From the sequence record DRR723986_1321: a DNA stretch of 64,000 nucleotides. The stretch is one strand, 5' to 3'. Position 1 is the first letter of the stretch, and each line of letters opens with the position of its first letter. Below, in pieces: positions 42,785 through 52,039 of the stretch. The notes beneath the pieces were generated by a model. It made no database searches and was not told where the DNA came from. It saw only the letters and a program-made list of their open reading frames with translations. Made by a program: the position numbers and the translations under genes.

Positions 42785-43711
42785 ATGGCCACACGCATGA
42801 TTCTGCATCATTACCCGATGTCACCGTTCTCGGAGAAGATCCGGCTGATGTTCGGCTACACCGGAATGGAATGGTTGTCGGTGATGACAAGCGAAAGTCC
42901 GCCGCGGCCACTGGTCGAGCAATTGGCGGGCGGCTACCGACGCATCCCCGTGGCCCAGGTGGGCGCCGATATCTTTTGCGATAGCCGCCTGATAGCGGAC
43001 GAGATCGCCAGCCTTACCGGGCGCCCGGAGCTCAGCCCATTCAACGCCAAGGCAGAGGATGAAGCCCTGGCCCGGGCCTATGAAGGCGACATATTCTGGG
43101 CGGCTGTCACCTCGATTCCGCCCACCCGCGTGCTCCGTAAACTGTTCAGTGAGCTGCCCTTTACCCAGGCCCTGCGCTTCCTGCGAGATCGCGCCGGTGT
43201 TGCCCGTAATGCGGTGAGCAAGCCGGTCGCCGGCCGGGATGCGGTACCGATGTTCGCCGCCCACCTGCAGGGCCTGGATGCCAGGCTGGCAGACAGTGAG
43301 GGCTTTCTCGGCGGCGCACAGCCATCACACCTGGACTTCGCAGCGGTTCACACCCTGTGGTTCAAGATCGTTGTCGGCGGCCTGCCGATGCCCGCCGGCT
43401 TGCCCCACGTTGCCCAGTGGTACGACCGGATGACCGGCTTGGGCCACGGCACCGGTCACCCGGGAGCCGACGAAGATGCCGCCGGCGCGGCGCGGGAAAC
43501 AGAGCCCAGGAAGGTGCAGGCGCACATGACCTCCGACCCGCGGATCGGCAGCAGGGTGCGCGTGGCACCGTCTGATTACGCGCTGGATGCCACCGAGGGT
43601 GTTCTCACCGGGATCGATGAGCGACGCTGCGTGCTCGCCAGGAATGCGAATTCACTGGGCACAGTACAGGTGCATTTCCCGCTGGAAGGATTCGAACTGA
43701 CCCTGCTGTAA
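42785..43711 (+). CDS. Glutathione S-transferase family protein
   Basis: HHYPMSPFSEKIR, GGYRRIPVAQVGADIFCDS, C-terminal VHFP. Confidence 0.85.
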   Translation: MATRMILHHYPMSPFSEKIRLMFGYTGMEWLSVMTSESPPRPLVEQLAGGYRRIPVAQVGADIFCDSRLIADEIASLTGRPELSPFNAKAEDEALARAYEGDIFWAAVTSIPPTRVLRKLFSELPFTQALRFLRDRAGVARNAVSKPVAGRDAVPMFAAHLQGLDARLADSEGFLGGAQPSHLDFAAVHTLWFKIVVGGLPMPAGLPHVAQWYDRMTGLGHGTGHPGADEDAAGAARETEPRKVQAHMTSDPRIGSRVRVAPSDYALDATEGVLTGIDERRCVLARNANSLGTVQVHFPLEGFELTLL

Positions 43712-43731
43712 AAGCACGAGGCCGGGCAGGG

Positions 43732-44208
43732 TCAGGCGCGGCGCCGGAAGCGCGGGCGCCAGACGGCGAGCGCGATATTCACTGCGGCGACCATCACGAT
43801 GACCCAAAGTGATCCCCATTCCCCTGACAGGGACGCGCCCAGCAAGGCCGCATCCGCCTCCACCGCCAGCACCTGCTCCGCCAGGGCAGCCTCACGCTGC
43901 ATGGGGCCCTGCACTGAGAACAGCGTGCCTTCGAACATCACCACGCCGAGGGCGAGTTTCATCCACGCCCAGCCGGCGTCCTGGAAATATTTGCCGGCGG
44001 CCATAGCCAGCAGGCCGCTGACCAGCACCAGGGTCAGGGAAGGCAGTAACAACCACTCCGCCAGCCGGCCCATAATCACCCGGAGCTGAATGTACTGTTC
44101 GAGGGAGTCCGGGGCGGGAAGCTGGCTGTGGAGGATAATCAATGCCGCCAGGGCGCCGGTAGTGCCAACGCCCCCGAGGGTATGGAGAAACTTCAGCAGT
44201 CGCTGCAT
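43732..44208 (-). CDS. Four-TM membrane protein (DUF2269-like)
   Basis: LKFLH start, LVSGL, W-x-W-x-K, terminal AVWRP. Confidence 0.6.
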   Translation of the reverse strand: MQRLLKFLHTLGGVGTTGALAALIILHSQLPAPDSLEQYIQLRVIMGRLAEWLLLPSLTLVLVSGLLAMAAGKYFQDAGWAWMKLALGVVMFEGTLFSVQGPMQREAALAEQVLAVEADAALLGASLSGEWGSLWVIVMVAAVNIALAVWRPRFRRRA

Positions 44209-44240
44209 AAATTGCCGGCCCCGCAGTCAGTCCCCAGGCA

Positions 44241-45374
44241 TCAGCTGAACAGGCCCTCGCCCTGCGCCAGGCGCTGACCGAGGTCCGCAAGGTGCACGCT
44301 GCTGCTGCCCAGGGTCATCTCGTTGGCCCGCAGCCACAGGCAATAGCGCCACAGCGGGTAATCGCGATCGATGCCGGTCCCGCCATGTACGTGCTGGGTG
44401 GCATAGCTGACCCGGTGACCACAGTCACCAGCCCAGATTTTGGCGATCTGCAGTTCGGTGGTGGCCTCAGCCTCTGAGTCGAGCAGCGAGACTGCCTGGT
44501 AGGCGCTGAGGCGCAGACACTCGATGTCGATATAACAATCCGCCATGCGGTGCCCGACAGCCTGGAAGGTGGCCACCGGCACATCGAACTGCTTGCGTTC
44601 GGAGGTATAGCTGGCCGCCATGCGCATCGCATGATCGGCCGCGCCGACCTGGTGAACGCAAAGTGCCGCTGCGGTACGCTGGGCCGTCCAGCGCATCACG
44701 TCGGCTCCACCACTGCTGACCACAATATCGGCTGCCGCAATACGGACCTTATCCAGCCGCAGGTCGGCGTGGGGTTCGAAGTTTGTCATCTCCACCGGCG
44801 ACAGGCTGACGCCTTCGGCGCGCGGATCGAGCAGCACCACCGCCACGTCGTCGCCAAAGGCCGCCGCCAGCAGGATGCCATCGGCGAAACTGGCAAAGGG
44901 CACCGCCTGCTTGCTGCCGCTGAGTACAAGGTCATCACCATCGGCCACGGCCGTCGTCAACAGCGGCCGCGACGGATCCTCGTTCAGTGATTCCAGCAGG
45001 GCTGCAGTCAACAGGCGCGATCCACGCCCTTCCGCGCCAAGCACACGCTCCTGCAGCGCAGGGGGCGCAAAGCGCTGGATCGGCAACATGGCCGACACGC
45101 AGTGGGCCACCAGCGGTACCGGCGCTATCGTACGACCCACTTCTTCAACCACCAGGGCAAGCTCGAGGAAGCCAAAGCCCATCCCACCCCAGGTTTCCGC
45201 GAGGGCAACGTCGGGCAGACCCGATTCCTGCAGCTGCTGCCACAGCGCGCGATCAAAGCGCGGCTCGCGGTACTCATCATAGGCAGCGAGTTTCTCCGGG
45301 CTGACTTGTTCCGACAGGATCTGCCGGGCCAGGGCCTGAATGTCCCGCTGCGCTTCATTGAATCCGAAATCCAT
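44241..45374 (-). CDS. Acyl-CoA dehydrogenase beta subunit (FadE27/ChsE5-like)
   Basis: RFDRALW, ERKQFDVPVATFQAVGHRMADCYID, HRVSYATQHVHGGTGIDRDYP. Lacks the SEP...TDLA flavin motif. Confidence 0.8.
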   Translation of the reverse strand: MDFGFNEAQRDIQALARQILSEQVSPEKLAAYDEYREPRFDRALWQQLQESGLPDVALAETWGGMGFGFLELALVVEEVGRTIAPVPLVAHCVSAMLPIQRFAPPALQERVLGAEGRGSRLLTAALLESLNEDPSRPLLTTAVADGDDLVLSGSKQAVPFASFADGILLAAAFGDDVAVVLLDPRAEGVSLSPVEMTNFEPHADLRLDKVRIAAADIVVSSGGADVMRWTAQRTAAALCVHQVGAADHAMRMAASYTSERKQFDVPVATFQAVGHRMADCYIDIECLRLSAYQAVSLLDSEAEATTELQIAKIWAGDCGHRVSYATQHVHGGTGIDRDYPLWRYCLWLRANEMTLGSSSVHLADLGQRLAQGEGLFS

Positions 45375-45386
45375 TACCGCGACCTC

Positions 45387-46571
45387 CTAGCGTGCTGCCC
45401 GCGGCATCCACAAGCCCGCAGCTGAAATGATGTCTCTCTGGATCTCGTTGGTGCCACCGCCGAAGGTGATAATCGACGCGGTGCGATACAGCCGTTCCAC
45501 CTTTTTGGCCAGCGGCGCCACGTCCTCCCCGCTGCGCATCAGCCCGGCGTGGCCCAGGATTTCTCCCAGCAGGCGATACACTTCAATGAATGCCTCGGAG
45601 CCGAACACCTTGGCCGCGGAGGCATCCGCCATATCCAGGGTTTGCTCGGTCATTGCCCAGGACTGCTTGTAAACGATCAGCTTCATACACTCGATGGTTG
45701 CCCGACAGCGCGCCAGGTTCTGCTGCACCCAGGGCAGGTCGGCGAGCTTGCCGCCGGCGGGCAGTTCCGTTTCCCGCGCCCACTGGGTGACCTGGTTGAA
45801 CAGCTGGGATGAGGGACCAAAGTTGATCAGGCTTAAGCGCTCGCGGTTAAGCTGGCTGGTGATCAGCTTCCAGCCGCCGTGCAACTCGCCCACGCGATAC
45901 TTGTCGCTGATCCGGATATTGTCGTAGTAGGTGGCGTTGGTGCGCACCCCGCCCAGGGTGTGCACCGGTGTGCAGCTCCAGCCGGGATCGCTGTTGGGCA
46001 CCATGAACATCGAGATGCCCTTGTGCTTCTTCGGGGCATCCGGGTCGGTACGGACAGCCAGCCAGGTGTAATCGCAAAAGTGCGCCAGCGAGGTCCACAT
46101 CTTCTGGCCGTTGATAATCCAGTCATCGCCGTCGCGCACGGCGCTGGTCTTCAGGCTCGCCAGGTCGGTGCCGGCCCCCGGCTCCGAGTAACCGATGGAG
46201 ACCAGCAGGTCGCCCGCCAGAATCCTCGGCACAAATTCCTGCTTGATGAAGTCACTGCCGTGCTCGGCGAGAATCGGGCCAACGCTCTCAGTCGTCAGGA
46301 AGGGAAAGGGGTAGCCGGCGCGCATGACCTCTTCCACGAACACGAACTGCTCCAGTGGCGACAGGCCGCGACCGCCCCACTCCGTCGGCCAGCCAACGCC
46401 GATCCAGCCATCGCGCCCCATCTGGCGTAGCGCTTCCCGCCACAGCGGACCACCGCCCTCGCCCATGTCGCGCTCGCACTCCTCGCGCAGCTCCGGGGTC
46501 ATCATGCGCCCGAAGTAAGCCCGCAGCTCATCGCGCAGCGCCGTTTGTTCCGGGGTGAACTGGATATCCAT
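45387..46571 (-). CDS. Acyl-CoA dehydrogenase alpha subunit (FadE26/ChsE4-like)
   Basis: QMGRDGW, IGYSEPGAGTDLA, NGQKMWTSL, QLNRER, TFGGGTNEIQRDII. Confidence 0.85.
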   Translation of the reverse strand: MDIQFTPEQTALRDELRAYFGRMMTPELREECERDMGEGGGPLWREALRQMGRDGWIGVGWPTEWGGRGLSPLEQFVFVEEVMRAGYPFPFLTTESVGPILAEHGSDFIKQEFVPRILAGDLLVSIGYSEPGAGTDLASLKTSAVRDGDDWIINGQKMWTSLAHFCDYTWLAVRTDPDAPKKHKGISMFMVPNSDPGWSCTPVHTLGGVRTNATYYDNIRISDKYRVGELHGGWKLITSQLNRERLSLINFGPSSQLFNQVTQWARETELPAGGKLADLPWVQQNLARCRATIECMKLIVYKQSWAMTEQTLDMADASAAKVFGSEAFIEVYRLLGEILGHAGLMRSGEDVAPLAKKVERLYRTASIITFGGGTNEIQRDIISAAGLWMPRAAR

Positions 46572-46669
46572 GCCCTTACCTCATGCCGATTCGTAGACCG
46601 ACTGAAATGCTAACCAGAGTGAAGCCCCGACAACAGCAAGCTCAGGGCCAATAATCCTGACAAAATCGT

Positions 46670-47680
46670 TCAGTCGGCCTTCAGGCCGGCAAGTATCCCG
46701 GTCCACATCGAATCGGGCGCGCCATAGGGCGCATAGATAGCCAGCCGGTCCGCGTGTTTGCCGTAGCGTTCGCGGAGCATTCCCGGGATTGCCGCTGGCT
46801 CACCCCGGGTGCTGAAAGCGTCCAGGAAATCATCGTCGATGTAATCCGCCAACTGGTCCCAGCGGCCTTCCTTGGAAAGCCGGTTCAGTTCCGGCTGCAG
46901 GTCACCGAAACCCACCGCATCCATGGGCGGCCGGTAAGCCGGCGTGGAGGCGTAAAAGCCAAGCAACTGACGCACACTTTCGGTCGCCGCGGCCATCATT
47001 TCGGGGGTCTCCCCGGTGATGACGATCGCATTGATCTGCAGGATGAAATCCTCGCGGGAACGACCGGACTTTTCCAGGCCGCGGTGCACTGCCGGCAGTG
47101 CCTGTTGCTCAAGGAACGGCTGGCTGTTGAACGGGTGCACGATGAGGCCATCGGCAACCTCGCCCGCCACCTCGGTCATCCGCGGGCCGAGGGCACCGAG
47201 CAGGATGGGCGGCGGCCCGTGGGGGTTGGGTCCCGGGTTGAACATCGGCGTCATCAAGGTGTGCTGGAAGAAACGCCCCCGGTAATCCAGCGGCACATCG
47301 TTCTGCCAGCAGTCAAAGATGGCCCGCAGCGCGAGAATGTAATCACGCATCCGCGGTGCCGGCGGATCGAACTCCACCCCGAAGCGCTTCTCGATGTGCG
47401 CCTTGATCTGGGACCCGATGCCCAGCAGGAAACGGCCGCCACTAAAGGTCTGCAGGTCCCAGGCCTGGTAGGCCATGTGCAGGGGGTTGCGGGGAAAGGC
47501 CACGGCAATGCCTGTGGCTATGTCCATGCCCGGTGCATGTTCGCTGGCCAGCGCCAGGGGCAGGAACGGATCCCAGCTGCCCTCCAGCGTATACACCCCG
47601 TCATAGCCGATTGCAGCCAGGCGTTGCGCTTCCGCTGCGGCATCACCCAGCTTGGCGTAAAACGGTCCATCAATTTTCAT
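46670..47680 (-). CDS. LLM-class oxidoreductase, TIGR03617 (MSMEG_2256)-like, predicted F420-dependent
   Basis: DPFLPLALA, IAVAFPRNP, GRFLLGIGSQIKAHIEKRF, HTLMTPMFNPGP, FYASTPAY. Confidence 0.8.
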   Translation of the reverse strand: MKIDGPFYAKLGDAAAEAQRLAAIGYDGVYTLEGSWDPFLPLALASEHAPGMDIATGIAVAFPRNPLHMAYQAWDLQTFSGGRFLLGIGSQIKAHIEKRFGVEFDPPAPRMRDYILALRAIFDCWQNDVPLDYRGRFFQHTLMTPMFNPGPNPHGPPPILLGALGPRMTEVAGEVADGLIVHPFNSQPFLEQQALPAVHRGLEKSGRSREDFILQINAIVITGETPEMMAAATESVRQLLGFYASTPAYRPPMDAVGFGDLQPELNRLSKEGRWDQLADYIDDDFLDAFSTRGEPAAIPGMLRERYGKHADRLAIYAPYGAPDSMWTGILAGLKAD

Positions 47681-47846
47681 AAGCACGATCCCTAAAATCC
47701 GGCTGCCAAGGTACAGGCACAGTAAGCTACTGGCATGGCCGCAACAGGCAGCGGCGCAAGATTACCGGCCGTGGTTCACGATTCTGACCCCGCTGGCCGC
47801 CCGAGTGCTTTAATCTGGCGAACCTGACTCCTTCGAGGTGACCCGC

Positions 47847-48731
47847 ATGAAACTCGGCATCTGCCTGCCCTACATGAAAGCCGGACTGACCCGCGACGAC
47901 TACCTGGCCTGGTTTCGCCGGGTAGATGAAGGCCCGTTTCACAGCGTTTCCTGTGGTGAACGGATCCACGGGCCAACCTACGATATGCGCGTTGTGCTTG
48001 CCGCCGCCGCCATGGCCACCGAACGGGTAGAGATCACGCCCACGCTCTACGTGCTGCCGATGCACAGTGCCGCCCGGGTCGCCAAGGAAGTCGCGACTCT
48101 CGACATCCTCTCCGGCGGCCGGGTGAAGCAGATCGTCGTCGGTTACGGGGGCCGGGAGAAAGATTATGAAGCGGTCGGCGCGCCCTTCATCGGCCGTTAT
48201 GGCCGCATGGACCGCCAGGTTGCCGAGATGAAACGCATCTGGCGAGGGGAAGAAATAATCCCGGGCGGCGGGCCAATCGGTCCGCAACCCAGCCAGCCGG
48301 AGGGTCCAAGGATTCTCACCGGTGCAATCGGACCCAAGAGCATCGCCCGCGGGGCGGCCTGGTGCGACGGCCTGTACGCCTGGTCGGGCAATGGCGAGCA
48401 GCAGGAACTGGCCGGTGCGTTCGCTGCCATGGACCAGGCCTGGGAGACCGCAGGCCGGGCGGACAAGCCCTATCGACTGGGAGGCTTCTGGTACACGCTG
48501 GCGGATGACGGCCAGCGCAAGCTCTACGATTACGTGTATGACTACCTCGATATCGCCGGGCCTGAAATTGCCAAAATGATGGCCGAGTCCGTGCATCGCA
48601 ACAGCCCGGATGCCCTGCGCGAAGCACTGGACAACGCGGAAGCAGCCGGCTGCGAGGAGTTGTTCCTGGTGCCGGCCACCGCCGAACTGGCGGAACTCGA
48701 CCGCCTTGTCGAGGTACTGGCGAAGCGCTGA
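47847..48731 (+). CDS. LLM-class flavin-dependent oxidoreductase
   Basis: LAAAAMATERVEI, AKEVATLDILSGGR. GAGG RBS. Confidence 0.85.
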   Translation: MKLGICLPYMKAGLTRDDYLAWFRRVDEGPFHSVSCGERIHGPTYDMRVVLAAAAMATERVEITPTLYVLPMHSAARVAKEVATLDILSGGRVKQIVVGYGGREKDYEAVGAPFIGRYGRMDRQVAEMKRIWRGEEIIPGGGPIGPQPSQPEGPRILTGAIGPKSIARGAAWCDGLYAWSGNGEQQELAGAFAAMDQAWETAGRADKPYRLGGFWYTLADDGQRKLYDYVYDYLDIAGPEIAKMMAESVHRNSPDALREALDNAEAAGCEELFLVPATAELAELDRLVEVLAKR

Positions 48732-48732
48732 G

Positions 48733-48800
48733 CCTGTAGTAAATCTACAGGATGGGATTCTTTGCCGGCAGCGGGCCGCCGTTTCTGTAGCCCAACTACA
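48733..48800. promoter_or_regulatory. Two HexR-like operators upstream of ppdK
   Basis: TGTAG-TAAAT-CTACA (48735-49) and TGTAG-CCCAA-CTACA (48786-800). -10 TATACT at 48862-67. Confidence 0.65.
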
Positions 48801-48909
48801 AGCGGACCAGCAAAGCCGGCAAAAGCGCCCGCCAGACCTCCCTCGAAGGCGGCTGAGCCGCTATACTCGCCGCCTTCTCCCGCACAAGCCCCACGACGGA
48901 ATCTTTCTT

Positions 48910-51519
48910 ATGGCAAAGCGCGTTTACCTGTTCACCGAAGGCGGTAAAGATGATCGGGAACTGCTTGGCGGCAAGGGCGCCAATCTCTGCGAGATGACCA
49001 ATCTGGGCCTGCCGGTGCCCTACGGCTTCGTTATTACCACCCCCACCTGCCGGGAATTCTTCGAAGGTGGTAACAAACTGCCCAACCTGCTGGAGCAGGA
49101 ATACCGGGTGGCACTCGACCTGGTGGAAAAAAAGATGGGCGGCCGCTTCGGCGATCCGGAGAACCCGCTGCTGTTTTCGGTGCGCTCCGGCGCACCCGTC
49201 TCCATGCCGGGAATGATGAACACCATCCTCAACCTGGGCCTGAATGACGAGATCGCCGAGGGACTGGCCCGCAAGACCAACAATCCCCGCTTTGCCTACG
49301 ACTGCTACCGCCGCTTTATCCAGATGTTTGCCGATGTGGTGCTCGGTGTGGACGGCGAGAAGTTTGAACACGAGATCAGCCAGTACAAGCGCAGCCACGG
49401 CAAAACCCTGGACACCGAGATGACCGCCGAAGACTGGCAGGCGGTGATCAAAATCTTCAAAACCCTGACCCGCTTCCCCCAGGACCCCTTTGAACAGCTT
49501 AAGCTGGCGGTAGAGGCGGTATTCCTGTCCTGGCACACGCCGCGGGCCAACGTTTATCGGGAGATGAACAACATCCCCGAGACCCTCGGTACAGCGGTCA
49601 ATGTGCAGGCCATGGTGTTCGGAAACTTTGGTGAAGACTCGGGCTCGGGCGTCGCTTTTACCCGCAATCCCTCAACCGGCGAACACAGCTTCTTCGGCGA
49701 ATTCCTGTTCAACGCCGCGGGCGAGGACGTGGTCGCGGGCATCCGCACACCGGAACCCATCGAGGCACTGCAAGAGCGGATGCCGGACGTGTACCGGGAG
49801 CTTTACGAGACCCAGGCCCTGCTGGAGAAACACTACCGGGACATGCAGGACATCGAGTTCACGGTGCAGGAAGGCAAGTTCTACATGCTGCAGACCCGCA
49901 GCGGCAAGCGCACCGGCAGGGCCTCGATCAAGATCGCCGTGGACATGGTGAGCGAGGGCATGATCGACGAGAAAGAAGCCTTGATGCGGGTCTCACCCGA
50001 GCACGTGGAGGCCTTTCTGCATCCGATGGTGGACCCGGCGGCAAAAACCGACATCGTGGCCCGCGGCCTGCCCGCCAGCCCTGGCGGCGCGACCGGCAAG
50101 GTCGTGTTCTCCGCCGACGAGGCGGTGCAGGTGGCCCGTGACGGCACCCCGGTGGTACTGGTACGCAGGGAAACCACTCCGGAAGACATCCACGGCATGA
50201 AGGTTGCCGAGGGCATTCTCACCGAACTTGGTGGCATGACCTCCCACGCTGCCGTGGTTGCCCGCGGTATGGGGGTCTGCGCCATCACCGGTGCCGGCGG
50301 CCTGACCATTGATTACGAGGCTGGCACAGCTACCACCAGCAAGGGCGTGGTCATTCGCCGCGGTGATGTGATCACCCTGGACGGCACCGCCGGCGAGGTG
50401 ATGCTCGGCGATATTCCCAAGACCGAGGCAAGTTCCAGCGAGGACTTCCAGGTCTTGCTGTCCTGGGCGGACAAGCACCGCCGCCTGCGTGTGCGCGCCA
50501 ATGCCGAGACCCCCGAGGACGCGGCCAAGGCTCGGGAACTGGGCGCCGAGGGTATCGGCCTGTGCCGCACTGAGCACATGTTTTTCGAGGCCGATCGCAT
50601 CGACGTCATGCGCGGGATGATTCTCGCCGACAACCGCAAGGAGCGTAAGAGCTACCTGAAAAAGCTGCTGGCGTTTCAACACGCGGACATGCTGGAGCTG
50701 TTCAAGGTCATGGACGGGCTGCCGGTCACCGTGCGCCTGCTGGATCCCCCGCTGCACGAGTTCCTGCCCCACGACGAAGACGACATCAAGTCCCTGGCAG
50801 AGCGGCTCGGCAAACCCGTCGAGGCGATCCGCGAGGCCACCGAGCACCTGCGGGAGGTCAACCCGATGCTGGGCTTTCGTGGCTGCCGCCTGTCCGTGGT
50901 CTATCCCGAGGTTACCGAGATGCAGGTGCGCGCAATCATCGGCGCTGCGGTAGAAGCCACCGAACTCGGCTACAAGCCGTTCCCGGAAATCATGATTCCA
51001 CTGGTGGTCAACGTCCGGGAGATACGCCTGGTATCAGAGATTATCGACCAGGGCATTCACAAGGTGATGAAGGAAAAGCCAGTCTCGCTCACCTACAAGA
51101 TCGGTACCATGATGGAAACCCCGCGAGCCTGCCTGGGTGCGGACCGGTTGGCGCCGGCGGTTGAATTCATGAGTTTCGGCACCAACGACCTGACCCAGAT
51201 GACTTACGGGTTCAGCCGCGATGATGCCGGCCGCTTTATCCCCCAGTACCTGGACAAGAAGCTGATCGAAAGCGATCCCTTCGTCTCCCTGGACCAGCGC
51301 GCGGTTGGCCGACTGATGGAGATGGCGGTGACCGAAGCCCGCGGGCGCAAGAAAGGTATCAAGTACGGCATCTGCGGTGAACACGGCGGCGATCCGCGCT
51401 CGATCCAGTTCTGCCACGACCTGGGGCTGGATTACGTCTCCTGCAGCCCCTACCGGGTGCCGATTGCCCGCATCGCCGCCGCGCAGGCCAATGTCGGCGC
51501 CGAGCGCGGCGACCAGTAG
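48910..51519 (+). CDS. ppdK: Pyruvate, phosphate dikinase
   Basis: LLGGKGANL, SVRSGAPVSMPGMM, GEDVVAGIRTP, GGMTSHAAV (phospho-His), GLCRTEHMFF, SFGTNDLTQ, GICGEHGG. Confidence 0.95.
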   Translation: MAKRVYLFTEGGKDDRELLGGKGANLCEMTNLGLPVPYGFVITTPTCREFFEGGNKLPNLLEQEYRVALDLVEKKMGGRFGDPENPLLFSVRSGAPVSMPGMMNTILNLGLNDEIAEGLARKTNNPRFAYDCYRRFIQMFADVVLGVDGEKFEHEISQYKRSHGKTLDTEMTAEDWQAVIKIFKTLTRFPQDPFEQLKLAVEAVFLSWHTPRANVYREMNNIPETLGTAVNVQAMVFGNFGEDSGSGVAFTRNPSTGEHSFFGEFLFNAAGEDVVAGIRTPEPIEALQERMPDVYRELYETQALLEKHYRDMQDIEFTVQEGKFYMLQTRSGKRTGRASIKIAVDMVSEGMIDEKEALMRVSPEHVEAFLHPMVDPAAKTDIVARGLPASPGGATGKVVFSADEAVQVARDGTPVVLVRRETTPEDIHGMKVAEGILTELGGMTSHAAVVARGMGVCAITGAGGLTIDYEAGTATTSKGVVIRRGDVITLDGTAGEVMLGDIPKTEASSSEDFQVLLSWADKHRRLRVRANAETPEDAAKARELGAEGIGLCRTEHMFFEADRIDVMRGMILADNRKERKSYLKKLLAFQHADMLELFKVMDGLPVTVRLLDPPLHEFLPHDEDDIKSLAERLGKPVEAIREATEHLREVNPMLGFRGCRLSVVYPEVTEMQVRAIIGAAVEATELGYKPFPEIMIPLVVNVREIRLVSEIIDQGIHKVMKEKPVSLTYKIGTMMETPRACLGADRLAPAVEFMSFGTNDLTQMTYGFSRDDAGRFIPQYLDKKLIESDPFVSLDQRAVGRLMEMAVTEARGRKKGIKYGICGEHGGDPRSIQFCHDLGLDYVSCSPYRVPIARIAAAQANVGAERGDQ

Positions 51520-51687
51520 CCGCCCGGCGTGTCGCGGGATGCACCGCCGCAGGGGGTCAGCCAGTTGAACCTGCTCTTGTCTGCGCAGGCCACCACTATT
51601 GTGCCTGCCCGGTCGCTTGGGGATACTAGGGCATAGCTGGCACCCAACCGGTGCCAGGCACCAGCACTCACGGGGAAGCGAATACAG

Positions 51688-52029
51688 ATGACCGACGGCA
51701 ATTGGCAGGTATTTGATCTGGAGGCGATTCGCCAGCAATTGCGGGGCGAGTCGGTAGAATACCGCGAATTTCTCAACGTCCCCGCCCTCAACTGCGGCTT
51801 TTATCACCTGTCCGCAGGCAGCAAGGACATGCAGTCGCCGCACGACGAGGACGAGGTCTATTACGTACTGAGCGGCAAGGCCCGTATGCGCCTCGGAGAA
51901 GAGGAACGTGAGGTCGGCCCCGGCTCGCTGCTCTATGTCAGCGCGACTACCGAACACTCCTTTTTCGAAATCGAGGAAGACATGAACCTGCTGGTGTTCT
52001 TCGCCACCGGGTCATCGGACCGCGACTGA
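51688..52029 (+). CDS. Cupin-domain protein
   Basis: QSPHDEDEVYYVLSGKA...EHSF. Confidence 0.85.
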   Translation: MTDGNWQVFDLEAIRQQLRGESVEYREFLNVPALNCGFYHLSAGSKDMQSPHDEDEVYYVLSGKARMRLGEEEREVGPGSLLYVSATTEHSFFEIEEDMNLLVFFATGSSDRD

Positions 52030-52039
52030 GCGGCCTCGG

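Noticed and set aside
51637-51657. CTGGCACC-CAACC-GGTGCCAG dyad / possible sigma54 site before the cupin gene
   Set aside because: It lacks the -12 TTGC at the correct spacing; a single GC-rich hairpin is uninformative.
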